64,000 bases of DNA from Chara braunii (GCA_003427395.1 BFEA01000018.1:53604-117603), one strand, 5' to 3'; numbered from the stretch's first letter, positions 1 to 11,715 are shown. A program made the numbers and translations. Notes: generated from the letters alone by a model not told the origin.

Positions 1-1159
1 GAGTGAGTTACACCGAGACTGCGCGTACGCACAGGAAAGGCCGCGGAGGGGAGGGGAACACCAGAATCAACACACTCATACTCCTAAGCAGACGGTCCTC
101 CAGTTCAGTTCCCCCATCCCCGCCCGGATAAGTACATACACACATACATGAATGCAATCAACAACCCTTGACAGGACATCCAATCATCCATAGACCTTCG
201 ACATCACTCATGCGCACAACCAGCTCCCATCACTCGGGTCTTCACACACACGTCATGCATAGACAAAGCAGCAATGGAGATAAAAGCGAGTCCTTCTTGT
301 ATACAAAAATTCTCAATTAACTGCCGCCCCCAGGCGCAGCCTTCAAAACCTCCCAAGACCACCGACCACCATAGCCACAAGGCCCTGCCGCAGCCGGCGC
401 CCAATCCCCACCACTGCTCAGTCCCTCCGACTGCTTCGCCCCGAGACTACCGCGGGTCCACCCCACGTCGTCACTCTGCCCGTCCTTGGGCTCGTCGAGC
501 CTGTTCGGCGCCGCGGACTTTTGCGCATAGCTCGCGCAGCATTGCAGCCGAGATCAAAGAGAGAGAGAGGAGAGGGTTGCACAAATTTATAGTGCGGGAG
601 GCGGCGGGTTGTCAGCGCGAGGTTGTAGATGAGCAGGACAGGAGGAAGGTGGGGATTTAGAGGGTTCGACCCGCAGGATGGCATGGTCCTACGTGATTGG
701 GGTGTCCGTTCAAGTGGTGCGCGGTTTCCCGCTCTCCACATTGATCCGAGCATCCCAACTACGCGGCCAATCATTTCGCGGAGTAAGGATCGAGCTGGGC
801 GGAGGGGAAGACNAAGAGTCCTGCATGGGGGAAATGCGCGCAGCAAGAAGGGAAGATGGCGCGGGGATGCAAAGCAAGAACCGGGGGTGCGAGACGCGCG
901 AAGAAGTCGGAGCTTAGGCGCGCGCGAGCGCAAAAATTCAAAAAGTCCCCACCGAAACCGTTTCTTGGTTTTCATACCACGACCGCTATTCGCCCGCGCG
1001 GGAGTTATTAACCAAAAATGAAAAAGCCGTTTCAAAAAGGAAAACAAAAGCAAAAAGAAAGAAAAACCCCTGTTTGTCTGCATCCGTGCCTCGGGGCTTC
1101 CGGGGGATTTCTCCTCAGGGATACGGGAAGTCGCGCGGTACGGGTCTGAGCTTATCACA
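1..1159. mobile_element. Probable LTR or terminal fragment of an unclassified retroelement inserted into a LINE
   Basis: GC-rich non-coding sequence ending ...TATCACA (LTR-like CA end), directly abutting mid-ORF2 LINE sequence at 1160. The left end is outside the window. Confidence 0.35.
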
Positions 1160-2068
1160 CGCTGTACCTACGAAATGGAACGAGTAAGGCTGGAAGGTCC
1201 GGAATTTATGGACAGTATCAAACAACAGATCCAAATAGAAATTATTGCGAAATGGGACACAGTCAAAACTCAGTTACAGATGCAGACAATACTCTCAAGA
1301 AGAGACATCCAACAAAAAATCCAGAAGTTCAGCTCGAGCTGGCTGGGAGGGGACAAAGGTGGAAGGATAGGGAAAGTGGGATGGAAAGGAGGACAGAAAA
1401 CAGGGGAGATTTTAGAAAGGGATTACCGGCTATTATTCAATGACTGGACAAAGATTGACACAGCTATCTCAATGAGACCTGCCCAAGAGTTCCCTGACTT
1501 TTCCCTCCCCCCCCAAACAGCCTAGTAGACTTAGGATGGTATGGCAGGGATGGATGAAAGTAGGGATAGTTAAGCCAGGTTTCAGGTGTGGTTGTCTGTG
1601 GCATGGTCACTGGACTCATCAAGGCTCAGGGAAAGGAGGATCTAGTGTGTAGTGATGGAAAAAAGTGCCCAGTTCGATACTCAGGTCCCCAGGGTCATCA
1701 ATATAGGAAGGAGGGAAGAATTAGTGTGTAATAGATAGTATCTGGCGCCTGTTTCCGGGTGAAGAGATTCTTCCCCCCCACTCTCTAACCCCCTGCTCAG
1801 TTAATCCCCCCGACCCCGGGGTAATCAATGCTGGCAGGAACTACACTCATCCCTTTCTTGACATATTTCATGCAGCCTGTATATGGGACGCTGGATCCGT
1901 TTTCCAGCAGGTGATGCTCCCCACCAATAGACGAAGCCGCCCCCCCCAGGTGCTAGTGGTGTCTGCTCTTACCAGCATCACTAACACCGATGGGGGCGTT
2001 TTTTGCAAAAAAAAAAAAAAGAAAAAAAAAAAAAAGGNAAAAAAAAAAAAAAGAAAAAAAAAAAAAAG
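1160..2068 (+). mobile_element. 3' fragment of L1/Tx1-like LINE (family A) with structured 3' UTR and poly(A)
   Basis: Translation (RLEGPEFMDSIKQQI...WLGGDKGG...WYGRD) is homologous to the ORF2 C-terminus at 60923-61813. Conserved tail motif at 1885-1998, poly(A) at 2007-2068. Confidence 0.9.
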
Positions 2069-2080
2069 GTCTAGTATCCC

Positions 2081-2232
2081 ACCTCTACAACAACCTGGGC
2101 TTTATAGAAAGAAAGAAAAAAAAAAGTTTAGCGAGTGCACCTGTCCATCCGGCAGGACCTCTACAACAACCTGGGCTTTATAGAAAGAAAAAAACAAAAA
2201 GGTTTAGCGAGTGCACCTGTCCATCCGGCAGG
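2081..2232 (+). repeat. Tandem duplication, ~77 bp x2
   Basis: ACCTCTACAACAACCTGGGCTTTATAG...GTCCATCCGGCAGG occurs twice. Confidence 0.9.
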
Positions 2233-2397
2233 GATAAGATCCCGACCAATGAAGGAAAATAACACCCCGCGGTCCTCTCTCCATTCTGGTGGGGAGGATC
2301 TGACAGAGCAGCAGTGATTGCTTCCACACGCTTAGGGGAATCAGAGAGATGAGCTATAATCCATCTCAAGAGACTGAAAGCCAGTTCTGTCATAGTT

Positions 2398-2542
2398 GCT
2401 CCAATCTATTTGTGGGGAGCACCACTGCTGCCAGCCAGGGTGAGCATCCAATAAAAAATCATAAAATTGATCTGTAAAATTCTCATATGGGACGCTGGGG
2501 CTGGTTCCCAGCACGTGCTGCTCCCCACCAATAGATTGGACC
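2398..2542. repeat. Inverted pair of LINE-tail pseudoknot motifs
   Basis: 2398-2452 is a degenerate reverse complement of 2489-2542 (GCTCCCCAC.AATAGATTGGA). Confidence 0.75.
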
Positions 2543-4097
2543 ATTGTTTTTTTGCTTTTGTTTTTCAATGCACTGTTGTAACTGTGTAGTTTGATTTCAA
2601 CTGAGTTTCTGACATTGTGAAGGAGGAAAAAGAATGAAACAAAAAGGGTTCAACTTGCCAAGCTGTTTTCTTTTTTCTTTTTTAAGGCTGAATCAATTAT
2701 GAAGGTACACTCTTCCAGAAGGAATAAAGATTGATCTTCTTCTTTGAAAAAAAAAGACAAAAAAAAGAAAAGAAAAAAAGAAAAAGGTTGACCCTTCAGT
2801 CCTGAAATTGACAGCTGGGACACAACTGGGCAAATGGGTTGAAGGTTCAAGATTCCCGTCTTCCTCCAACTGGATACTATTAATTGGTCAGGTTGAAGAC
2901 AATGGTGGGACGCGGTGGAGGGGCCGCTAGCGTGGGTGAGGAGTAGCCACAGCACTTCGGAGGGGGTGATTAAATTTCTTCTTTTGTTCTTTTTCTGCTA
3001 AGAAACACGACGAACATTGTGTGGTCGCTGGGTAGAACTGTCCCACCATCCTGCACCAGTTGGTGGTCCTGCAGAGAGACTGCAGAAAGTGCCATCGCAT
3101 CAGTTGTATGTGTGTTCTTTTGGTAGATATTACTCACATGAGGCTATATTTTGGGTCACATAAATCCTGGGAGGTCCTATTGTCAGTATGCTGTAATCGG
3201 GAAAATTGTTCAATGGGGCGGTGGTGGGGCTGTGTCTGCAGCACAATGTGTGCCTAGTAACCGGCCTCTAAAACACCCTGGGAAGAAAAAAAAAAACAAA
3301 AAACAAAAAAAAAGGTAAGGGTCAGGTGCTGCAATCAGTAGGTTGTGGTTCAGAGGTGGCCACCGGGTGCCCACAGCCGCACCCACCTGCCCCACCCGAC
3401 CCACAAGGTGATTGGGTTGGGGCTATGCCTCCTTGGGTGGGTGACGGGCGTGTGCAGCTAGTGGGCATTTCTGGGTCATGGGCGGGGTCAATATTTGCTC
3501 TGGGTCACCTGTCAGGTGGGTGACAGCCTGACAGGTGGGTGAAGCATTGGCCTGGGTCACCCGACCCATGGACTCAGGACCACCCAAGAAAATCCCCCCC
3601 CCCCCCACAACAACAACCAAAAAATAAAAACGAACAAGGCCTTGGGTCCATCTCTGCAGTGCACGGGCTCGAGGTTGAGAGAGTCTTAAAAAGTGGGCCT
3701 GGGTACAGTCACGCAGGGTCGCCTGTTACTTTTTTTTTTGGGGGGGGGAGATAATTTGCGAAATACCCCCATAAGTTGAGGTATATGCCAAAATACCCCT
3801 GAAAGATGTGGGTATAGCGGAATGCCCTTTTGGGCCGAAATCTTTGTGTTATGCCCCTGTCAGGCAGGTGTGCAAATTTGCGATCTGGACCTCGCCAATG
3901 CTGATCTTCAAAAAACCGATCGAAAGTCGAAAGTCCTATTCGGACATCCTATTCGTAAATGCCAATAAATATTTCATATAGGTTTTCTAATTTCTCATGA
4001 TTCATGATGAATTCTGCCTAAACTAATGACCTTGGTTACTTTGATGATTTTGTTTTAAACTTTCAAACTTTGACGTGATTTTCCATGTTCCAATTAA

Positions 4098-4132
<35 letters not shown>

Positions 4133-4209
4133 TTTCCTGATAGGGCCGCTTCTCTCATTGGAGACTGTTCGCAAATGTTCTTAGGTGTGTCTGTTGCTGT
4201 CATAATTGT

Positions 4210-5960
4210 GGATCTGCGGTTTTTCGATGCCAGAACGACGGTGGTCGGTGCTGGGGTGTTGCCCTGTAACCTGCGAAGCAGGAGCATGAGGCCTGGTAGA
4301 GAGATCTGGGGATGCTTAGGGGCGGGCATCTCACGGAATAATCGAGGGTTGCTGCTTGGAAGATGTCGGTCGGAGCTGGGGTGACTTGTGTTGCCCTGTA
4401 ACCTAGAGGTGGGCATGTGAGGCTGGGCAGGCTTAGGCAGAGAGTATGATTGTCTTGGCGAGCCTGAGTAGGGTCGTTATAGTCTCATTGACTGCTCTGC
4501 AAATTGTTAACTAGGTTTTCAAGTTTATTTTTTTAGCAGATAGCCAAGAAACATACAATTGAAGGAAGCAGAGTATTCGCACGGACGGGTGGGAAATTCG
4601 TAAAGGGGTGTAACAGGGGAAGGGCCTTAGTCGTCGTCAGTAGGTCAGAAGGACGTGGTTGGGACGACGCAGACCGGTGCTGGAGCGTTACTCTGTAACC
4701 TGGGGGAGCGTGAGGCTTGGGGAGCTCTGTCGAGGGAGGAAGGCAGAACCACCACATTGACGCAGCCGTTGCTGGGGTTTTATCCCTGTCACCTAGGGGT
4801 GTGCGGCTAATGGGAGTTGCCGAGGGAGGAAGGCACTCCTTGCCGTCTATACCAGGCTGGTCGGTACTGGCGCATGGTGGTGCCCTGTAACCCTAGCACG
4901 GGGTTATGAGACCAGCCGCGTTTAGGTTCAAGGATTGATCACGGGGACGTTATTTTTTGCAATTGTTGCGTGGGAAGTTTGCTAGTCGGTGGTTTCAGTT
5001 CGGATNTTTTGCTTTCAATTTTGTTGTGTGTCACTCATGTCCTATCTCGTTAAAAAAAAAAAAAAAAAACAATGGGCAATGTGTTCAGATATGGCTACCT
5101 TCTAGAGGTTGTGATTGTTCTCGGTGGTTGTCGTAGAACGCTTTCAGGCTCTTGGGACTCTTTGCAATTTCCTTGAGACAATTTTTGATGTTGTTTTATT
5201 CATGGACCTGTGGTTGTTCAATGCCAGAACGACGCTGGCCGGTGCTGGGGTGTTGACCTTGGTTTTTTTTTTTTTTTTTCTTTTTTTCTTTCTTGAGAAA
5301 AGCCCTTATGCAAGGCCTCTATCGTGGTGGTGGTAAGAGAACCACCGGGATTGAGGCTTGCCTGGTGGGCCGCTCCATCTATTGGTGGGGAGCAACACCT
5401 GCTGGAAACCGGGTCCAGCGTCCCTTAGATACATCTTTATACACAGTACGTTTTTTGACAGCAGGAGCTTGAGGCCTGGTAGAGAGATCTGGGAATGCCT
5501 AGGGGGGGGCATTTCACGGGACAATCACGGGTTCCTATCGAAGACGATGCTGGCCGGAGCCGGGGTGAGTTGGTTTGCCTTGTAACCTACAGCGGGGGTG
5601 AGAGGCTTGGTAGAGCTTGGTAGGGAATAAGAAAGCGTCTGAGGACTCCGAGAGTGTTAGGACCCTCTGGCGCTTTAGAGTGTTTGAAGACAATTGCTGA
5701 GATTTTCGCTCGTGGATAGTCTCTCAAATTTACCTCAAATAGCATTGATTTTAGTGTTGCCCTGTAACCTGCTGATTGCAGGAGCGTGAGGCCTGGTAGA
5801 GAGATCTGGGGATGCTTTGGGGTGGGCATTCGAAGGGACAACCAAGGGTAGCTGTTGGGATGACGCTGGCCGGAGCTGGGGCGAGTCGTGTTGCTCTGTA
5901 ACCTAGCCGGGTGGGGGTGTGAGGCCTGGGAGAGCTCGACAGGGAACAAGGCCTGGACCC
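4210..5960 (+). repeat. Three diverged ~200-bp internal repeats plus partial copies
   Basis: GTGTTGCCCTGTAACCT...GAGGCCTGGTAGAGAGATCTGGG blocks at about 4250, 5240/5460 (interrupted) and 5755. Confidence 0.8.
5262..5455 (-). mobile_element. Very short retroposed LINE/SINE tail (pseudoknot, hairpin, poly(A))
   Basis: Poly(T) followed by the reverse complement of the tail motif. It interrupts the second internal repeat relative to its siblings. Confidence 0.8.
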
Positions 5961-6882
5961 CAAAGGAATGCGGCAAGGAAACGTTTTGCCGCGGAATTGT
6001 TTCCGGGACCCTACATGGCCCGGAAAAGGTCGTGGAAACATTGTGTGTTTCTGCGGAAGTCTTCCGGGGGGCCCCACAGGCCGCGGTTTGTGGCCTGGAA
6101 AACGATCCAAATCTGTTTCCAGATGGTCTGCGGCCTGGAAAAGTTCCGCGGGAGGGATTTCCGCTGCAATATTGTGCCGACTCTCGAACGTTGGGGGGTG
6201 GGGCATCCCGAAGGTTTCCAAGGTGTCGACCACAGGCATGACAAGAAGATGTCCGCCCAGCCGTTTGTTTGGGTCCAGGAGCAGCAGTGTGTTTCATCGA
6301 GGCTGTGACACCATTCCTATGCTCCACGGGCGGTCACTCAGATGAACCACCACTTCCCATTTCGGGACGGTTGGCAGGCACGTTTCCTATTACAGAAAAC
6401 CTGCGTGGCACAGCGAACGTGTTCGGAGGTTTCCCGAACGTCCGAACACGTTCAGGCGTTCGCCCGAACGGGAACCGAACTGGTTCGCACGAACGGTTTT
6501 TTTTGGCCTGCGAACGTGTTCGTTCTGCGGGCGGTACCGGGCCGGTAGGGTCTGGGGGCCATAGGGGGGGGTGTTCGGGGGGAGGTACCGGCCCTGTACG
6601 ACCTGGAGGCCGTGGGGGGGGTGTTCGGGGGCGGGGTCGGGAGGTAACTGCTGACTCTGTATTTCAACAGTTCGTGGGTTACACCACGATACGTGACCGT
6701 TGGCTTTAAGTCAACGGATTAATGAAAAAAAAAAAAAAAAAAAAACTAACTAAAGCTGAAGCGCCACATGGCGCTACTTGAAGTAACTGGGGACTTAGTC
6801 CCCAGAGTTGAAGCAGGCGCCCGTCACGAACGGGCAACCGTTTCAGGTAAGTTTTCTTGTGTTTTTATTCATTTGTTTTATT

Positions 6883-7169
6883 CTATGAATCCCCCTCGGC
6901 GGCGGACAGGCGCGGCCAAGTCCGCGGCCGCGGCCGAGTCCGTGGCCGCGGCCAAGTCCGCGACCCCGCGGACGCGTCCGCGCGTCCGCGCGTGTTCGCG
7001 GACGCGTGGCGGTCGCTGGGGAAGGGGGTTTGGGAAACGGGAAGCGCCACGTGGCGGCGCAACCCCAGCCCCACTCCATCAGGCAAAAAAAAACGAAAAA
7101 AACCAAACACACACACATAATCGCGCGGCACACACGCGCGGCACACACGGCGCGCAAACACACGCGCGG

Positions 7170-7246
<77 letters not shown>

Positions 7247-7964
7247 AAAGGGAGAGAGAGTAGAGAGAGAGAGANNNNNNNNNNNNNNNNNNNNNNNNNN
7301 NNNNNNNNNNNNNNNNNNNNNNNNNNNNNNNNNNNNNNNNNNNNNNNNNNNNNNNNNNNNNNNNNNNNNNNNNNNNNNNNNNNNNNNNNNNNNNNNNNNN
7401 NNNNNNNNNNNNNNNNNNNNNNNNNNNNNNNNNNNNNNNNNNNNNNNNNNNNNNNNNNNNNNNNNNNNNNNNNNNNNNNNNNNNNNNNNNNNNNNNNNNN
7501 NNNNNNNNNNNNNNNNNNNNNNNNNNNNNNNNNNNNNNNNNNNNNNNNNNNNNNNNNNNNNNNNNNNNNNNNNNNNNNNNNNNNNNNNNNNNNNNNNNNN
7601 NNNNNNNNNNNNNNNNNNNNNNNNNNNNNNNNNNNNNNNNNNNNNNNNNNNNNNNNNNNNNNNNNNNNNNNNNNNNNNNNNNNNNNNNNNNNNNNNNNNN
7701 NNNNNNNNNNNNNNAATCCAATTTCGTTTTTGGTTTTTTAAAAATCCTAAATAAAGTCGGATCAAAAAAAATATATATGGGGTTGTAGGGCTCAAAATTC
7801 CCTACAACCCCATATATATATATATATTTTTACCTATTATTTAATTCAGGAAAATTCGTGTAAAATCGGGTCCGCGGTGCGGACCAGGTAGGCCGCGGAT
7901 GCGGACCCATTTGGGTCCGCGATCCGAGCTCGACCCCGCGGACGCGTCCGCGGGTGTTTCGTAG
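6883..7964 (+). mobile_element. Non-autonomous DNA transposon, CTATGAA-TIR family (copy X)
   Basis: Termini CTATGAATCCCC ... GGGTGTTTCGTAG; exact 8-bp TSD GTTTTATT (6875-6882, 7965-7972); internal (CA)n/(GA)n and N gap. Confidence 0.9.
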
Positions 7965-8039
7965 GTTTTATTTTATTTTTTTAATTTTGTTTAAAATTGT
8001 TTTTAGATTTGTTTTTTTTGTTTTTTTTGAGTGTCCACG

Positions 8040-8489
8040 GGCCGTGATCCCACTAGCAAGAAGGATGGAGTCGAGCTCCTGAATCTGGTTGTGTTTTATG
8101 CAGAGATGCAGAAGAGCTGTTCAGCTCTGCAACCTCGTCGAGATTCAGGCATTCTATCCAATCCAATTTGCTAGTGGGGGCATGCCCAGAGGTGGCAAAG
8201 CAGCCCTTCGTTTTCACGAACGGAGGCCTAAGACAGTGTTGGACAGTCTTAGAGAGTTTTGTTTGGTAGTCTAGGGGTTCTGAGCATTCGAAAAGAGGTC
8301 AGTAGTAAATCATAGTTTTTTAACCTGTCCTCTAATTCTCTTGAATTTTCTCAATAGTTCTTAGATTGATTCTCAGTCGAAGCCGGGTAATGGCCCCGGT
8401 ATCTCAAATGACTTGTGCAACTCTATATGGGGCGCTGGGCCCAGTTCCCAGCACCTGTTGCTCCCCACGAATAGACTGGAGCATTTGTC

Positions 8490-8523
<34 letters not shown>
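8040..8523 (+). mobile_element. Structured retroposon 3' end (LINE 3' UTR or SINE) with tail motif and poly(A)
   Basis: Long hairpin at 8047-8181, tail motif at 8429-8482, poly(A) at 8493-8523. Confidence 0.6.
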
Positions 8524-8527
<4 letters not shown>

Positions 8528-9229
8528 TGTGCATGGCCTTTTGCAACTGGGCCTTAGGGAAGTTGCTAAGTTCTGGGTATTTTGCAAAGTTGGATGGTAC
8601 CGGGCAGGGTTATATCACAAAGATGGGGGGTCCAACCAATGCGACGGATATTTCACAAAATTTTCTTTTTGTCAGAGGGGCATTCCGCTGTACCCACATC
8701 TTTCAGGGGCATTTTGGCACATATCTCAACTTATGGGGGTATTTTGCAAATTATCCCTTTTTTTGAAGAACAGCATCGGGACCAAGAAAAAAAAAAAAAA
8801 CAGCGTACTCCAGCAGTCCAACCCTTCGCCCAGTGTCGGGCTTTCCCCCTCGCACTCGGACCTGCCCCTTAGCCTCTCCCCACTTACACTCGAGCAGCCC
8901 CCTTCGTGACCGTCTCCCTTGCCCCCGACCCGCGCGTTCAAGCCAGAGGTATAAGCTGCCCTAACCGTAGGCTTCGCACGGCTAGATAGAGCAGAAAAGG
9001 GTCCCAAAGGAAACAGAAGCAATCCCCGAAGCGTGGTCGGGCCCGAACGAGAAAGAACTGTCTCACGATATGGCCCAATCGGGCAGAGACCTCTCGCGGA
9101 GCCGGGATGTAGACTACAAGAAACGGAGCGTGACTCTGTAGCAAAAAAAAAACAAGCTCTTTAGAACACAGAAGGGAAGCAAACGTACCGAGGCACACCC
9201 CAAGGCAGGGTCTGGTCTTTCGCGAATCT

Positions 9230-9650
9230 TGACTCTGACGCGCAGGCCAGTTTGAGCTCGTTGAAACGGAAAAGGAAACGAGAAGAACTGAGACACACTA
9301 GAAACCATTACCGAGTCTATCCCGAGACGGACAGATTTACGGTATTGCTCAATATGCAGAACCGCAAGTCGCGAAAACGAATCTGCCTCAGAAGCGCAAG
9401 TTAGTTCGAGCTTGTTTAAAATAGAAAAGGAAACGGAACTTACTGAGACACACTAGAAACCATTGCCGGGTCTATCCCGAAAAGGGCAGATTTTCAGTAT
9501 TGCTACTATTGCACAATATACAGAACAGGAAAAAAAAGTCGCGCCAACGAATCTTGCCTCAGAAGCGCAGGCTAGTTCGAGGTTGTTAAAACAAAAAAAG
9601 GAAACGTAACTACCTGAGACACACTCGAAACCATTGTCAGCTCCATCTCA
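9230..9650 (+). repeat. Diverged tandem repeat, ~155-170 bp x ~2.5
   Basis: AAAAGGAAACG...CTGAGACACACT(A/C)GAAACCATT recurs at about 9270, 9425 and 9596. Confidence 0.8.
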
Positions 9651-10179
9651 AAGGCTTCCACTTGCGGCAAGGTTTCTTCAGCCGTCCCGCCTTAGTCCTC
9701 GAGGAGTTGACTGTCTCTGGCAATTTCCCCCCCTCCCCCAGCAGCGTGCCCCCAATTTGACTGACAGGGTAGGGCTTGTGGTATCGCAACGAGAAGCCCG
9801 ACAAAGCCGAAACAGCGGGACCGACAAGGTGCGATCTCCCCTGTGCCAGGCCCGAACAGCAGCGCACCTTGTCACCGCGTCAGATCCCAACCTCCGTTCA
9901 GCATGAAAAAAACGAGACTCCGTTCACCCCCAGTGTCGAGTCCAAACCGTAGCACACCTTGTCACCGAGTCGGGTCCCAACCTCAGTTTGACTGTCGAAA
10001 TTTTAGAAAACAAGACTTCGTTCGCCCCTCCCCGGTGTCGAGCCCCAACAGTAGCTCACCCCGTCAATCGCACCCCTGCTCCGGGCTAGGCCGGCTGCGG
10101 CACCTCTCTAAACCGACGAATTTCAGAAAGTCGAAGAACGTCGATGGTTGCCGTCCCCTTCCTTTCTTCCTCGCCTTCG

Positions 10180-10228
10180 CTCTCTCTCTCTCTCTCCTCT
10201 CTCTGTCTCCCTCTCTTTCTATGTCTCT

Positions 10229-10318
<90 letters not shown>

Positions 10319-10396
10319 NNNNNNNNNNNNNNNNNNNNNNNNNNNNNNNNNNNNNNNNNNNNNNNNNNNNNNNNNNNNNNNNNNNNNNNNNNNNNN

Positions 10397-10475
<79 letters not shown>
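10180..10475. repeat. (CT)n microsatellite spanning an N gap
   Basis: Seen directly. Confidence 0.95.
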
Positions 10476-10480
<5 letters not shown>

Positions 10481-11315
10481 CCTCTGTGCAGGAAACCACT
10501 TAGCTGTCGCTTGCACGAAGCGGTTGTGGCCAACACCCGGTGAAGCCCCTCCGCGATTGCGATCCTCCTGCTACCTCGGACTCCGACCCGCCCCCGTGAA
10601 GGTAGGTCTCGGGTGTCTGTCCCGTGCGTTTGCGCGAGCTCCGAATGCGCCCGTGCGCAAAGCCGCGTCCGGCGTCCTTCCCCTGCGCCAGTGCTCTTCC
10701 TTTTCCTTCCTCTCCCTCTCTCCCTCTCTTCCTCTCTCTCTCAACTCCCTCAAACCGCCCTCGCCGTCGAACGCTCCTTCGAGCTCTGGCCGTGCGTCAG
10801 ACCGCCCAGGGCAAAAACTCCGCGTGCTCTCCCGAGCTCTTGCCCCGCGATCGTTCCCTCCCTATCGCCTATCCCCAGGCTTCCTCGGCTGTTACACGTA
10901 GCCCGTGCTTTCCCGTTCTCTCCCCCGCTGGATGCGGCCGTCCTCTCTCTCCCTCTCTTCCTCTCTCACCCTGTCTCGTCCTTCTAATCCGCTCGCTGGC
11001 GTTTGCCCCGCGCGCAACGACTACGTGCTCCCCAGCGCCGTCCCAGTCGATCGCAACGTACGCTAACTCCGTGTGCCCGAGCGCTCCCCTCGAGCGTGAG
11101 TCCTCCCCCTTTTCTCTCAACGGGAACGCTCCTACCATCCGTTCCTCACCTCCGTCGGTTTCCAGATTATCCCAACCGCTCCTCCTTTCCCTCCACTCAC
11201 CGCTATTTCGAAATTTTCGTGAAATATTTCTCCTTTCCCGCCTCCTACCTTCTTATCTCTTTCTGCCCCTTTGGATCCCGTGAGCAACTTGTTTCTTCCA
11301 ATTGGACGTTTCTGT

Positions 11316-11715
11316 GCGGATCGCAAGCTGGACGAGCTCCTCTCTTCTCAATGCGAAGACGGTTTCGCTGCAGTCTGCCTCCCGCCGAGCTGCCTTATCC
11401 CCTCCAATAGGATGTCTCCTCGCGGATCCCAGGCTGGCCGAGCACCCTTCTCTCAATGTGAAGTCGGTCGCGCTGCGGTCCGCCTTCCGCTGAGCTACCT
11501 CGTCTCCTCCACGGTAGGTGTTTTAGTGCGGATCTCAGGTCGGTTGGGCTTCCCTTCTTTAGTGCGAAGACGGTTGCTGCTGCAGTCCACCTTCCGCTGA
11601 AATACCTCGTCTCCTCCACGGTAGGTGTTTTAGTGCGGATCTCAGGTCGGTTGGTCTTCCCTTTCTTAGTGCGAAGACGGTTGCTGCTGCAGCCCGCTCT
11701 CCGCCGAGCCACCTT
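11316..11715 (+). repeat. Tandem repeat, ~106 bp x ~4
   Basis: GCGGATC..AGG...TG(C/T)GAAG(A/T)CGG...GCTGC(A/G)GTC units at about 11316, 11422, 11528 and 11634. Confidence 0.85.

Larger units (their letters stand above)
3748..8757. mobile_element. Non-autonomous Mutator-like element (MULE) with ~80-bp TIRs and nested insertions
   Basis: 3748-3827 and 8678-8757 are near-perfect inverted repeats starting G(A/G)GATAATTTGC, resembling the Mu terminus GAGATAATTG. The TSD is ambiguous because both flanks are T/G runs. Confidence 0.75.

Noticed and set aside
6768-7795. Long ORFs spanning N gaps and microsatellites (also near 10.1, 24.4, 29.3, 30.7, 35.1, 45.4 and 62.3 kb)
   Set aside because: Artefacts of N runs and dinucleotide repeats.
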